A stretch of DNA of 51,876 nucleotides, counting the filler, from Bipalium vagum (Eukaryota), in assembly GCA_037834085.1 (NCBI GenBank). It is 3 parts of 3 records of this genome, joined end to end, with 100 filler letters (N's around TTAATTAATTAA, not from the genome) between each part and the next. Parts side by side here need not be neighbours in the genome. Positions count along the whole stretch, not along the records: positions 1 to 17,961 come from JBBMKC010045274.1; positions 18,062 to 34,818 come from JBBMKC010095555.1; 1 more part is not named here. One strand, written 5' to 3'. Below are positions 13,271 through 26,648 of the stretch, in pieces (positions within the stretch are counted from its first letter, which is position 1; every line of letters begins with the position of its first letter). Both the position numbers and the translations under genes were made by a program. Under the pieces are notes generated by a model that was not told the DNA's origin, ran no database searches, and saw only the letters and a program-made list of their open reading frames with translations.

Positions 13271-13559
13271 CATTTTTCAAAATTGTTAATGATGATTAAA
13301 AATTAAAGTAATTTTTTTTGGAAAAGTGTAATACTAAAAATATTCTTTCGTAATGGACTCTGGGTTGTATCAATCAGTAGGAAGAGGAAAAAAAATAATA
13401 TGATAATTAATTAACGTCTTATTTATCACTTTTCGGAAAGTGAAAATTAACATTGACAATTTATATGTACACAAAATAAGTGTGGCAATGGATTTTAATC
13501 ATTCTTATTTTCTTATAAGCTTTAGATGAAAATATTAAATATAATAATTACACAAAGTT

Positions 13560-15335
13560 GTCATGGATCAATAGAGATAGTAATAACATGCCCCGAGGAA
13601 ACTCGTGATTGGTTTAACGCAATCTGATCTCTGAAATGTTTGAATGGCTTTTGTTTGTGATAAACTCGCCCTTATCCATTCTAGAGCAATTATGTGCCCC
13701 ATAAAATGTACCTGCTTCTGTAACAGATTACAATTTCTTTAATTTGCTCGTAAACCTGGTTGTGTTATCTTTTGTACAACGATCTCAAGTATCTTGTAGT
13801 GTTATCTGAATATATCAAAATATGGTCCTTATATATCACGGTGCTCTGAATTCCTGTTATCACCTTCGTCATGAGATCTTGATATGTACCAGATGCCACA
13901 GCTATTCAAAATGGCATCCAAGTAAAACAGTATTGTCCTGTTTTCGTTGAAAATGCTGTCTTTTCCGATGACGAATCATTCAACTCTACCTGGTAATATG
14001 CATTTCCATATCAAGCTCCTCCTGACGGTTTAGCAATTCTTTGATGCACGGCATTGGGATTGCTTGTCTCTCTGATATTGAGTTCAATTTCCAGAAATCT
14101 AAGTAAAGCCGCAATTTTTCCTTTTCTTTTTTCAAACTGCATGCAAATGGAGACCTTGAACTACACTTCCGTATTATATCGTTCTCCAGATTCTATATTG
14201 TCTCATTTAGAATTGCATTTAATTTATCATTCTATCGCAATTTTTCTGAGTGAAGGTATTGGATTGTAAACCAAGGCTGTAAGAAGTACTGAGAGGATCA
14301 CTTTGATCAATATATCTAAGAGTCTTGACATATATCTGGCCGCTTTCAATTACTGTCTCCATGGTCTTGAGTTGATTGGGTCCTCCTTTGTTACAATTTT
14401 CTGTTTCACAGTCTCGTACATCCAAAATCTCATTCCATGGCCATGAGAGCTGTTCTATTTTTTATAACTCTTTCTAGGTCAGTTTTGTCTTTAATTTTAG
14501 AATCTTCAGTTCTCTTCTTCTTCATTCATTATCTACTTGACCAAACTCTGCTTCTAAATTGCATATATGAACCACTGTTTTGTCAAGACATAGCCTCTGA
14601 TTTTATATAGTTTGAGCTCGAATGTTCTTTGAAGATCGATTCAGCCTATAATGTTTGGACAAGAGTCTTCTGCCATAATATAGTTGACCAGTTCTGTCCT
14701 TCCCCCACCTTGGTTTCAATGGTCACATTTCCTATAGTCTTCAACATTGTTTTATACGCGCATTTCAGTTTTACATCTAGTTTTTGAAGAAACACGTTCC
14801 TCAATTTTTGTAAAACTCCTATATCCAATAGGCATTCGTAATTTCTTTCCTTTATTCCAATTTCTATTCTAGGTCGCCCTTGCATCATGTCGTAGGTAAT
14901 CTCATCTCATTCCATTCCTTGATTATCAAAATTTCTGTTTCTTCTTCCTTAGCAAGGTCGCTTTTCTTGAAGAGTTTATGGAGTTTCCACATCTCATATG
15001 CTCCTTCTGCTCTACTTTCCTCGGAACGTCGCTGCATGTAAGTAACACCCTTGGTGTTATATCCTTATATATAAATTACCTCTTCCATTTGGAGACTTGT
15101 CTCTGGTTTCCCTCTTATATATCTGATCTGCACTGCAGTTATAGTCCGTACTGTCATGGGTTCCCGATTTTTAGGTATTTACGGCCGTGATACTGCTTAT
15201 TCTGCAAGTCAAATTGCTTTGTAGTTCTCTATTATCATTGAAAACAAAACTTTGTTGTCCATGGTTATCTCTACATTCTCTAATTTTTTTGATTCTCCAC
15301 TCAGTATTTTAACATTCATCTGCAGTGTGGCCCTT
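13560..15335 (-). mobile_element. Degenerate Gypsy/Ty3 internal fragment (gag end, protease, RT)
   Basis: Protease YECLLDIG and RT pieces KQKIVTKEDPINSRPWRQ, LRLYLDF, AYYQVELN..SSEKTAFSTKTGQYCF..MPF, collinear with the element at 38250-41686. Boundaries approximate. Confidence 0.85.
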
Positions 15336-15895
15336 AAGCGTACATTTTACTCATTTTATCTTGGTAATACAATTAAACATGTTTGCTTTACTTTTCTTCA
15401 AAAATTGGCAAGAAATTATTTTGACACAATATATAATTAATTAAATTGTCTTTGTGATTAAAAATAAAATTATTAATAAAGAACAACACAAAAAGACTAT
15501 TACCACACCACAAAAAATAATATTAATGTTGACAAAATAAATCAGAAAATATAAATAATTAGCTTTTTCTTTTCATATTTCAAAAGGTTTTTCTTATTAT
15601 AAATGCCATCTCCGTTCCTGGTAGAGTTCATAGGAATACTTTTTAATATTTATTTCCAACCCAAACATTTTCCAATTCCATTAATGTAAATTTTAATTAA
15701 TTTTTTGTTGGAGTGTCACTCAAAATTGTGATGACAATAATGTTGTTATTAGTATAAAATCGTCTTTAATTAAATAAAATCTAAAAATGTTTTTATTATT
15801 ATGTATTATTATTATTATTATTAAACTTTATATATATCAAAATAAAAAATATATTAAATAACGAAATAATAATCTATTATGATTATTATTATCTA

Positions 15896-16485
15896 TTTGT
15901 CCAGAAAGTTCGTTACGAATTTTTATTAGAAATTAAAAAGTAAGACAATGCAATTTTAAATACATTTATTAAAATACATATGTTCCATTTTGTTCCGCAA
16001 CCTTTTTTAATCTATCAGGCAAGTTGAATGTTCCATCCTTCCAGAATTTCTTAGATTTTTCATCGAAAAAATTATCCAAGTGACTTTTGATGTCGTCCAT
16101 GGAGATGAGGTGAATTTTGCAATGACCTGAATAAATGGAAGGTCTGCTGAGTATGACGAATGGGGTAGCATTTCCCAAACACTTGCAAAATTCACTTAAT
16201 GGAAAAAACTTTATCTCCTTGAACGAAAAAACTGACTCAAGCAATTATATATTAAATAATTCATATTCATTAAAAGCTTGTTCTGATTTGTGTGTAAAGC
16301 TTCAATTAAAAAACAAAGTTTACTGTGTCGATTTTTCAAGGTGGAGAATAAATGAACTAGGTCAAAGTAGACATCATATTGGTCTTGATAAAAATAGAGT
16401 ATAATATATTCTATCTATCTTTTATAATAAAAACTGTTTTAATTATGTATATTAAAAATCAGAACGAACTTTCCGGACAACCCAA
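15896..16485 (-). mobile_element. Internally deleted mariner (same family as 22873-25315)
   Basis: Right TIR GAACGAACTTTCCGGACAACCCAA-TA and an eroded left TIR. C-terminal remnant DDIKSHLDNFFDEKSKKFWKDG is highly similar to 22884-23093. Confidence 0.88.
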
Positions 16486-17599
16486 TAGATTCTAAAGCTT
16501 CAGCAATTTTGTTTTCAACAAACATCACAAATTAAATAATTGCAGTAATCAGAGAGACAGAATTAGAGAAACGAAAAATCAAAGATAACAAAAGATCAAG
16601 GATATTTGAGGAGTTCATCTAAGGTCTATTTCATTTGAATATTATTTATTTCGTTTCCTGCAACATTTTCTGGATAACAGAATTGAGGTTTGATTCAGCT
16701 TTTCGTTAATAAGGACAACATGTTTTATAAGGGTAAAATCTGGAAATTATTTGAAAGAAATAGGAAAATGTTGAATGAAATAGTCGACTAAATTATCGAC
16801 TGAAATTCTTCAATAAAAAAGACCTTTTGGATTTTTCGGATAACCTCCTTAAAGGCTTTCCACTCAACATTTACTTTATTCACTCATGAATATAAGAGTA
16901 TTTCGATATTTCTATAATAAAAATTTATCGATTAAAACAAAGGTTGATTTGTTTAAATTGAAATATATTTAGTTGAATATTAACTCCGTTGAGCATTGGA
17001 AATTACGTTTAATTTTTGTCAATTTTTAAGCATGAACAGTTATATTTCCAATAAAACAAAGACTTTTTGCCAATAAAATATCAATATTTTATTTGTTTTA
17101 ATAAATATTTAACAAGTAAAATGGTTTCTATAGCAAATATAATTTTCTTAAAATTGAATATTTTAACCATTTTTTGGCATGACACTTGTCAACAGAAAAA
17201 ATATGTAAGTTAGATTTAGAAAATTCATTAAAAGAATTTAATCTGATTAAAATTTTTCAACAAGTTCTTTTTAGTGCTAATAGTTAGTTACTTATTATTA
17301 ATGAATTAAAAAAAATTATTATTATTAAAAATAATTAAATAATTTTCATTAATTAAAAATAGGTTGATTAAGCTCTTGTTGCTTAAACTGTTTATGAGTT
17401 TTAGTATGAGAAGATATGTCAGGCTGCTCCACATGAAATGATGGGTTTTAGTTTCATTATTTCGAAGATTTGTTCAGCAATCAATTTTTATGATAAAAGT
17501 TGTTTTAATATATCAAACTGAAACACCATTTTCACTTTTTCATAACTCTAATAAAAGCAGTTCAATTTAAAATTAAAAGTTATTTCTTTCCATTTTCAA

Positions 17600-17855
17600 G
17601 AACCTCGTTGAACAACATGTTTGATTATGCATTTTTTATCAAATCAAGACTGGTCAAAATGCGTCAGAAGAAATAGAAATATTATTTCGCATGGAGTGGT
17701 GGTTCCGTTAGGTTAAAGATCAAAACAAAGAGATTTTCAACATTTTAAAAGTGGTAACTTCAGCCTTAAAAATGATGATCGTGGAAGACCAGCTAATGTT
17801 CTAAATAATGATCAGTTGAAAGACGTATTTGAAAGCAATACGAGAACATCAGTTC
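17600..17855 (+). mobile_element. Mariner transposase N-terminal (HTH) fragment
   Basis: RLCIFYQIKTGQNASE...FQHFKSGNFSLKNDDRGRPANVLNNDQLK. Confidence 0.75.
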
Positions 17856-17857
17856 TA

Positions 17858-18245
17858 CAATCCCCGCCAAAAGTCTTTGGCCATTTAAAATTCTAGAAAA
17901 AGCATTTATATGATTCTAGTCATTAATATTTATTAAGTACAAATGTAAAGAACGTTAACGANNNNNNNNNNNNNNNNNNNNNNNNNNNNNNNNNNNNNNN
18001 NNNNNTTAATTAATTAANNNNNNNNNNNNNNNNNNNNNNNNNNNNNNNNNNNNNNNNNNNNATAATTATAATAGAAGTAGTTTTATCAATATTATAAAAG
18101 ATGAAGAGAAAGTTGATAGAAAGGTATATGCGTTCATATTTTACAGACATAAAATGCTTTGAGGGAAGCTTGCAGAATCTTTGAAGTAGCAATGGATAAC
18201 ACCAAAACACAAACGAACGTGAAGATAGACATCTTTATCTCCTAG
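17858..18245 (+). mobile_element. Possible Tc1-like 5' end spanning the assembly gap
   Basis: TA-CAATCCCCGCCAAAAGTCTTTGGCC is a TIR-like start that truncates the mariner fragment. TNEREDRHL-like remnant after the gap. Confidence 0.45.
17962..18061. other. Assembly gap linker N44-TTAATTAATTAA-N44
   Basis: Exactly 100 nt, six-frame-stop spacer, identical to 34819-34918. Confidence 0.97.
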
Positions 18246-18599
18246 ATGTTCGAAGTCTCGAATTTTGCAATCAATAATATTAGTAAAGTTTTGTCTTGTC
18301 TACTTATTTCCCTTTTATATTTTTGTGGTCTGCTTTTATAAATAATTTTCTACTTATTTATTATTATTTGCATTTAATTTCTATTTATAAATATTTATTT
18401 TCTATATTTAGTAACTCATAATTTCTATTTTTATTTTATATTCAAATTTTTCTTTACATATTTTTTTTATTAATATTGATTAATAATATAAATAATAAAA
18501 TAATTATTATTATACTAATTTTGAAGTCTTTAATTTGATAATCCAATATAAAGTTTATACAGAAATTATAAAACACGGATCACAAAACATAAAAACAAA

Positions 18600-18920
18600 T
18601 AATTGTCAAAAAAGAGTCACAATGTCATCGAAACCCTTTCTAGAATTGGAATGAGGCCAAAATCTTGTAAACTGATTGTTTTTTCTACCAATATTGTCAG
18701 TTATATTTTGTATATTGGTAATATAATTACAAATCTAATCAATTAATATGAAAGTTCAATAAGGGTGTCCACTCAATATTTCTGTTTAATATGGGAATAA
18801 ATTCAATGTTGAATGAATTAGAAATTTATTGTGTGGTTGCACTATGATAAATGAAAGCAAACTGACGAACTAAAGGGATGAACAATGTAAGCTAGATTGC
18901 TGACTGAAAAAGATCACCTA
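18600..18920 (+). mobile_element. Highly decayed non-LTR (LINE) reverse transcriptase fragment
   Basis: VQ*GCPL..FLFN (QGCPLS.xLFN motif), preceded by IETLSRIGM and followed by a weak IAD*KR remnant in the YADD region. Confidence 0.45.
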
Positions 18921-19959
18921 ATTGAAAGATAGTCACTCCATCATGTCATCATTAATAAAGAACGAAAAAGACGTTTGTCTGAAACTTGCCCAATGTTTTA
19001 AGTTAGAAGTGAATTTTGAAGACCAAGTCAATCTTGGAGACTCAAAATGTATCGAAATTTCTGATATAAGAATATTTATTTACTATAGACACTACAAGCT
19101 GTTTTATATACAGTGTTAATAGTAAATAAAGTGATAATCATCAGCTGCTCCCCCAGTCACTAGTGGTTGTCAAAGTGCTTCATCTGCGACACCTGAGAGA
19201 GACCATAAAAGCAATTTAAGGGTCGAGACAAAGCACAATGGCTCATTAGTGAGATTAAATCGATCTCTATCCTCACTCCAGTCGACATCTGCCAGTGGGG
19301 ATAGGAAAATAAAGAAAAAAAAACCCACACACAATAATTACAAAATTACGTACAACTTATGTATAAAAGGTGGGTCAACAATAAAAGGATTTGTAGGATA
19401 AACTGTAAACATTGTAAAAGATTACTGTAAAATAAGCCCAAAAGGGTGGAAAACTCATGAAATTACAAATTGAATGCTTAGAAGAAAGTGCTAGAAGCTT
19501 TCTGACTTCAAAACTATCAACAAATCCATCAATCACACTTATAATCCATTCAAATAAATACCAGATATAGAAGCACATACAGTAAATTGGCATGTTTCAT
19601 GTCTGGTGCTCATTGTAAATTTTTAAATTAATTATAATTTAAAACACTAAATATAAATTAGTTAATTATTCTAAAATAAATTAGTTTTAATTCATGTACT
19701 TAACAAAAATTATATAAACTCATCACGTTTTCTTTCAAAAATTTCACCTGTCTAAGACTTTAGACGATGAGTCTATTAACATTTTTAATCGATTAATAAT
19801 TTTTCAAAATAATAGTACATTGTTGATTCTAAAATCAATTTTATAACTTTTAACCGATCTATAAAAAGCTGGGTGAGTATAGAGCTGAACTAAAGAAGAT
19901 AAATTCTATTGTAAAGCGAAAAACACAACACTATCAGAGCTAAAAACCAGTCCTAACAA

Positions 19960-20690
19960 GTAACACACGACCAAGAGGGGAAGCATGTTTAGAAAAGCCA
20001 AAAATGCGACAAAAGAACAGAAATGAAATGAAAAATAAAATGGAGTGCTGGACATGTCACAAAATGGGGCACATAAGCAGAGTCTGTATTATGAAAAAGA
20101 AACCGACTTATTTCGTTTCCAGAGTAGAAGGGCGCATGTGAAGACAATTCTCTTCAGTGAAGTGCAATCGTTGCGGCCTACATAGTCAATTGGATCATGT
20201 TTTTTGCTATACGAATATCGAAAGAAGACAAGATGATAGGAGAATGGCATAGAGGAACAGAAACAGCCAGTACCATCAGGTGCGTAACAGCAGGTATCTT
20301 AATATAATAGCTGAAGACGAAAGAGAACAAAACCTCTGTTTAGATTTCAGAAAGCTGAACCCCATCAGAGAAAGACAAGCTTTTCCGATTCCCATCATAG
20401 TACTTTCAGCTGTTGCAAGACAGGACAATGATAACACTGTCAAGATATTCCAAAACAATTGGATCTTAAAGTTCGGTGTGCCTAAAGAGATACACGCAGA
20501 TTGTGGAAAATGTTTTGAGTCCCAATAATTTAAAAGACTGGTAGCGGACGTGGGAGCAGACTTGATATTCTCGTACAATTATAGAGTATATAAATGCAAC
20601 CTTAAAGAATAGAAAGAATACTGATTGAGGCGAAATTTTACCAGAAATTGAATATAGTTTAAATGCATTACTACAGAAGACTATTCGAAT
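19960..20690 (+). mobile_element. Heavily deleted Gypsy remnant (gag zinc knuckle, RT and integrase pieces fused)
   Basis: CWTCHKMGHISRVC (CCHC); LCLDFRKLNPIRERQAFPIP (RT) joined directly to NNWILKFGVPKEIHADCGKCFES (integrase). Confidence 0.85.
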
Positions 20691-21371
20691 GTGTTATTAT
20701 TATTATTATTATTAAAATTTATTTTCAAAAAAGCTTAAGGAAATAATAATACAATAAAAGATAAAAACAATATATCAATGTAATTAGTTTAGTAAGTATC
20801 ATCAATTTTTGCATGAAGCCTTTCAAATTTCTCACCGTTAAATACACCTATATTTAAAATTATATTTGAAAATAAATATCAAATATCAAATATTTCCCTT
20901 TAAAATATTATTCAAATTTATACACATGTTTACAGATTAAATATTAGAAATGTGCAGTTTCCTGTTGCATTAAAACAAACTAAACAATTTAATATACTAT
21001 CAATATTTTTGTTAGCATAATAAAGGTTATCTGATCCTTGGCTTATATTCTAGAAGCAAATATTTTCAAATTTTGTTAAAATATTACTATTGTTAATTAA
21101 TTATTATTAAAAATAAATAAAAAAAATAATTCGTAAAATTATTTCAGTTATTTTCTGAGTACATAGAAATATGGTTTTAAACTTGTGTAATCTTTCCGAA
21201 ATTTTAAAAATATTATCTTAATTGGACATTTTTCTTTTTAAATTCTATGTTCATTCTTCCTATTTTTGACAGATGACGTTAAATGGACTCATTGTAATCC
21301 TTCTCTAAAGTGAGAAGGTGAATGTACTTTGATGCTTTGTGCTAGCCATTGTCGTTTCGTGGTCCTAGGTC

Positions 21372-22760
21372 ATAAGTTAATATTTATAAAAAAAATTGAA
21401 TTTCATATTGAAAAAAAATTATTAATTAGTTCATAAAAAATTATATAATTAATTCCTTATATACCCTGTCTTGAGAAATTTCCTTATCTTCACGTTTCTC
21501 TAGTTTCGTTTTCATATCTTGTTATTTAACTCATGTCTTCTGACATATATTTTCTAATTACCTTATACGGTCCAATATATCAATCTTATACTTTGTTTTT
21601 GATCTCTGGTCTTCCAACCACATATTCGATACTCAGTCTTCCGTTTCCATCTTTCTCATTCTGTTCCAAATTTCTCATTAAAATTTCCCTGCTAAAAACG
21701 ATTTCCACCGAAAATTCAACTTCCTGTACAATCTCTATCCAATCTGCTTGTTTCCCATTCTATAGCATCACATCAATCATATCACCAATTGGACGGAATT
21801 CACTTTCAGCTTGACCGTTTGTATTGTGATAATAGGAGGTCGAGAAAGATTTAAAGATTAAACCTTTTGAAAATTCTTTCAGCAATTTAAATTTTAAAAA
21901 TTTGTCCGCTTTAAAGATGAAATTCACTTGCAGCACTAAATTGTAATATTCATTTGTTCACCTAAAATCTCACCGATGTTTCATCTTTACGTTGATACAT
22001 ATTTGCTGAAATGATTTATCATTGCGAAGATATAGTTCTTCATTCCAACTTTTTCTTTAAAAAGGCCACGGATATCTACATAAATATCTACACATGATTT
22101 TTCAAACAGGAGACAGATGATTTAACATTTTTCCTTTCGTCACTTACAATTTCACAATTTTGATTCTCTGACATTGCTGGCAGAAGCTGACAAGTGCTTT
22201 CAGAACTTCTTTTAACCCTTGTAGTTCGCATAATCCTTTCACATACTGGCATGTCGTCTCCACAACCATATGAGCTAAGTGATTGTGAGTTTCCATATAA
22301 CCATTTCCTGACTTTAGGTTTCTTTTTATCTTTTCATTATCTTCCCTGAAAAAATTTGAATTTAATTTGATTTCCTTTGGTCTTAATATCATTTCTCTGT
22401 TTTCTGAAATGATAACTTCAACCTTTCTCCTAACTCTTCTGCTTTATCTTTTTTGCCGTGTATTTTACCTCAAAAGTCGGATCCAATAGTTTAACTATAA
22501 TTGCTTCTCTAAAATGCTTTCTAATGCCGGATAATTCGAAGAATGCTTGGCAGTCCTTCATAAAAATGTCAAAGTTATCGTATCTGGAGAAACTCTTCTG
22601 CGGGTACAGTTCGCAGAAAATATTCGAGTTGGTCTCCATCAGCCGCTACCATTTATTTAATATTTTAAAAATAATTTAAAATCTCACGGAAAAATTTTTA
22701 TTTTCATATTTAACAAAAAAAATTAATTAATAAAAAATTATGTAATTAATTTCTTTTATA
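21372..22760 (-). mobile_element. Internally deleted short-LTR Gypsy element (~1.4 kb)
   Basis: Diverged ~100-bp direct repeats (about 21372-21463 and 22652-22760), PBS-like TGGTAGCGG at 22651-22643, purine tract AAGACAGGG before the 3' LTR. gag N-terminus (SFSRYDNFDIFMKDCQAFF) and integrase HHCC (HNHLAH...CQQCQR) are present. Confidence 0.8.
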
Positions 22761-22872
22761 AGCGTCGACTGCATATGATACTGATAAACTTTATCTAGTG
22801 AAAGGTGAACATTTAACCAACTTTCCTGAATGATACTTTATATCGATTTTTTTGAGTTTTGATAAAATTTTA

Positions 22873-25315
22873 TTGGGTGTTCCGGAAAGTTCGTTCCGAA
22901 TTTTAATTAGAAATTAAAAAGTAAGACAATGCAATTTTGAATATATTTATTAAAATACATATTTTCTATTTTTTTCCAAAACCTTTTTCCATCTATCAAG
23001 TAAGTTGAATATTTCATCCTTCCAGAATTTCTTAGATTTTTCATCCAAAAAATTATCCACGTGACTTTTGATATCGTCCAAGGAGACAACGTTTTTTCCA
23101 TTAAGTGAATTTTTCAATGACATAAATAAATGGAAATCGGTGGGTGCAAGGTCTGGTGAATATGGCGGAGTAGGTAGCATTTCCCAATCCATCTCCAAAC
23201 ACTTTTTCTTGGTGGTCAAAGACACATGCGGTCGCGCATTATCTTGATAAAACACTACTGCCTTCCGATTCACCAGTCACTCATCTCCTGTCATCAATTG
23301 CTTCAAAAAATTGTGTTACTTTGTTGCATTTATAATTTAAGCTGCAGATGTTAATGCGATTCATCAGGTTATTTTCACTTAAAACATGTGGAATCCATAC
23401 GTCTAAACGATTAATAAAACCAAGCTTCAATAAATTCTCGTGTATGGTGGATTAGGGGATACCTAATATCTCTTCTAATTCACGTGTAGTATGACGTGAA
23501 TTTTTCTCAAGAAGCGCAGTAATTTGTTCATAATCAACGGTTCTCGGTCTCCCCTAGCGTTCTTGCTCTTCAAGGCTAAAATCACCATCTTTAAATCTTG
23601 CAAACTACTTTCGAACAGCTCTATCAGATAATGCTAATATGGGGACTCCCAGGCAACCAAGCAAACTCCCAACATTCCCAAGAGATGAGCAAACTCTCAG
23701 TATTGCCAGGAGATGAAAGATAAACCTTTTCGTGAATCTAGACATTTTTGTGATCTTTCATTATCTTTTGCATGAAAAAAAAATATTGTAAATAAAGTTT
23801 TTATTATGCATGTGTATAAAATATTTGTAAAAATTAATTCAAATTATTATTGATAAGTCCTGAAACTATTAAAATATAAAATAAATAAATAAGATGTAAA
23901 TAATATTTGAAAAAACTAATAAATCATAAAATATAAAAAATATAAATAATATTTGAAAAAACTAATATTTAAATTAGAATAATTCTAAATTTGGAAAGTC
24001 CAGTAAAAATAGTTACCAAAAATAGAAATAATAATCTAAAATCGAATAAATAATAAAAAAAATAGTGTATTAAAAATTAAAATTAGTAAATTTAGATTAC
24101 TAAAAATAATTAGAAGATAGAAAATTTTATACAAATTCAGTCGTCTGTAATCAAAAAGGCAGAAGAAAATAAATAAAGAAAAAACCAGAAATTTCTTGAC
24201 GTTAACACGCAAAAAACAGAATTACCCGTCAGTAACAGGAATCAGTCATTCTCAAACAATATTTTCGAGACTAAGATATCAAGGAGCACAGACACTTGAT
24301 TAGATATATCGTCGTCTGACAGCAATCGGAAACGCAAGAAGAAACGAAAAAACTTATATAAAGCAGGCAAAACTTACATTCAAAAAGAAGGACAATCGAC
24401 TAAAAAAGAGTTACACTTCGACAAAGACGCTAGACAAAATACGATTCGCAAGTTACCTTACATCTACAAAGAAACGACGAGAGGAGATTTAACCATCTAC
24501 CAAGCAACGACAAACAGAATCAAGAGATCGCCAAGGATCCAACATTAGAGGAATTCGACAGTTACCTACCGGTGGTCATAAAAAAACTATATATTTCGAT
24601 TCAGAAGTATCACAGTTTTATTAAGTAATTGTAGTAATTGTTTTTATATTTTAAATTTAACAATATCAATTTGATTTAAAATTGACTATTGTAAATATCT
24701 TTAAAATTCAACGGAATTAAAAAATTGGATAGATCCGCAATTGTTGTTCCATCATCAAAATACTTTTTGTTTGTTCTTCTTTTATAATCTTTTTTGCTTT
24801 CTCAACGCCAAGTAGGGCGGATAAGCGCTTTTTCAAGTCGAGGGCTCTTTAAGCTAAGACTGCAAAGAGTTTAACTATTATTCTAATTTATTCCGGGACT
24901 TATCATTAATAATATTGATTTTTGTTCAACCAATTATAAAAACTTTTGAATCGTTATAAAAATAAAAGTATTAAACTCATATTAATTTGTTTTGATTTGA
25001 CTTAGTGATAAAGACTTTTATTGAAAATTACATTTATATTTTTTATCCATTCACACAGTTACTCAGTCGATTTAGAATAACCATACGTAAACGAGCATTA
25101 AATGGCGAGAATGTATTTTATTTGTATCCATCTTTGAATTTGTTCAATAATTTAGATCAATATTTAAACAAATACCTTTTCATTATTTAATAAAAAAAGT
25201 ATCTTTTACCATTCAGAATATATATAATTATGCCATGTTTTCTGTCTATCTATTATAATAAAACTGTTTTAATTATGTATATTAAAAATCGGAAGGAACT
25301 TTCCGGACAACCCAA
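22873..25315 (-). mobile_element. Degenerate mariner interrupted by a ~1.45-kb insertion
   Basis: TIRs TTGGGT(GT/TG)TCCGGAAAGTTC with TA flanks. Start MDTNKIHSRHLML near 25131; WIPHVL, QDNARPH and PPYSPDLAPTDFHLF motifs within 22950-23635. Confidence 0.92.
23640..25085 (+). mobile_element. Non-coding insertion in mariner, probable solo-LTR-like repeat
   Basis: Interrupts the transposase; begins TGGGGACTCCC like 42692 (TGCGGAGACTCCC) and shares motif order with it. Right end uncertain. Confidence 0.5.
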
Positions 25316-26648
25316 TATATTCATATTTCTTTACGCTGACTATTTTATTAATTTTTTTGTTTTACCATAACAATATATAAGATGAATATTTGGCTTTAAA
25401 TATGATTTGATAATATATTTTATTTATATTTGACTTATTTTTATTATTAATAATTAATATCCAATTTAATGATTAATTATTTAAAACATCAGATGATAAA
25501 CTTTACATTATATGAATTTATATTGATTTTCACATTACCATTTCAATAAAAATTTCAACTCCAATAAACATAATTTTTACTTTTAGGCTCGGTTTACTTA
25601 TTCCATTTCTAACCTGCTTTTTGGATTTCCATTGCAATTTGAATATAATATAAATTAATAATTTATTATTATATATAAAAATATTAAAACAATTTAATGT
25701 AAATATTTTCATTTCAACTAGAAACTATTTCAAAATGGTGATTTATTTTAGCCAATAAAACTTTTGTTAGGAAAAATAATTTTGTATTACATTTTAAGAT
25801 CATTTCATATTTCTTAATTAACATTTCTAAGAAAAAAAAATAATAAATTTAGACAAAATTAAATAATTTTCTAAAACAATGATGTGTAAAATAGAAATAA
25901 TTTCCATTTTTAGTAAAAAAACTTTCAGTTAAAATTTTAATCTCTGAAATTAGATTAATATAGTTATTTTTATTATTCCAAAAAATTAAGTAGATTAGAT
26001 TGTATGCCTTATATTTTATTTTTAATCATAATTCCTATAATATTATAAAAAAATTAATAAACATTAAGAAATACATTTTAATTAAAAAAATAATAAAATA
26101 ATTACCTAAAAGAAAAAGGAAATCAAAATAATTCTTGTATATTTTATGGTAAAATTGTAATTCAATATTACTTATTGATAATTACCTAAAATGAAATGAG
26201 AGTTTATTAGATATTTTTTCTAAAATTTTTCTAATTAATAATTTTTTCTAAGTAAAATATGTACTATATATATTATCAAAAATAATTAAATTTCCGTACT
26301 TTATAATTTAAATTTAATATAATTAAAGCATATTAATAAAAATTACTATTGGAATATTCCGCAAATTAAATAAATTAAATAAATAAATAACCAAGTTGAA
26401 TATAATTTTGATTTTCATCGACAATCTTCTCGAAATTAAAAAATGTTTAATTAATGAATTTCTTTATTTATCTAGTTTAAAAACTAAAATGGCAAAACAA
26501 AATAATCAATTAAATCACAGAATGATTTCGCGATTTGAGATTAAATTCTTTATGTTAAAATTTAATTTTTAAGAGCAGAACAAAGTTTTTTTAATTTAAA
26601 TAAGGTTCAAATCAAGTCTTTTATTAAAATGTAATACAAATTATAATT

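Noticed and set aside
9900-17600. Stop-codon reassignment (TAA/TAG as Gln) suggested by in-frame stops in exon-like blocks
   Set aside because: SETD4, PPM1A, GK5 and the TM gene have no internal TAA/TAG, and several genes end in TAA/TAG; the blocks also contain TGA and frameshifts.
18006-18017. Palindromic TTAATTAATTAA flanked by Ns (also 34863-34874)
   Set aside because: Artificial scaffolding spacer with stops in all six frames; not biological.
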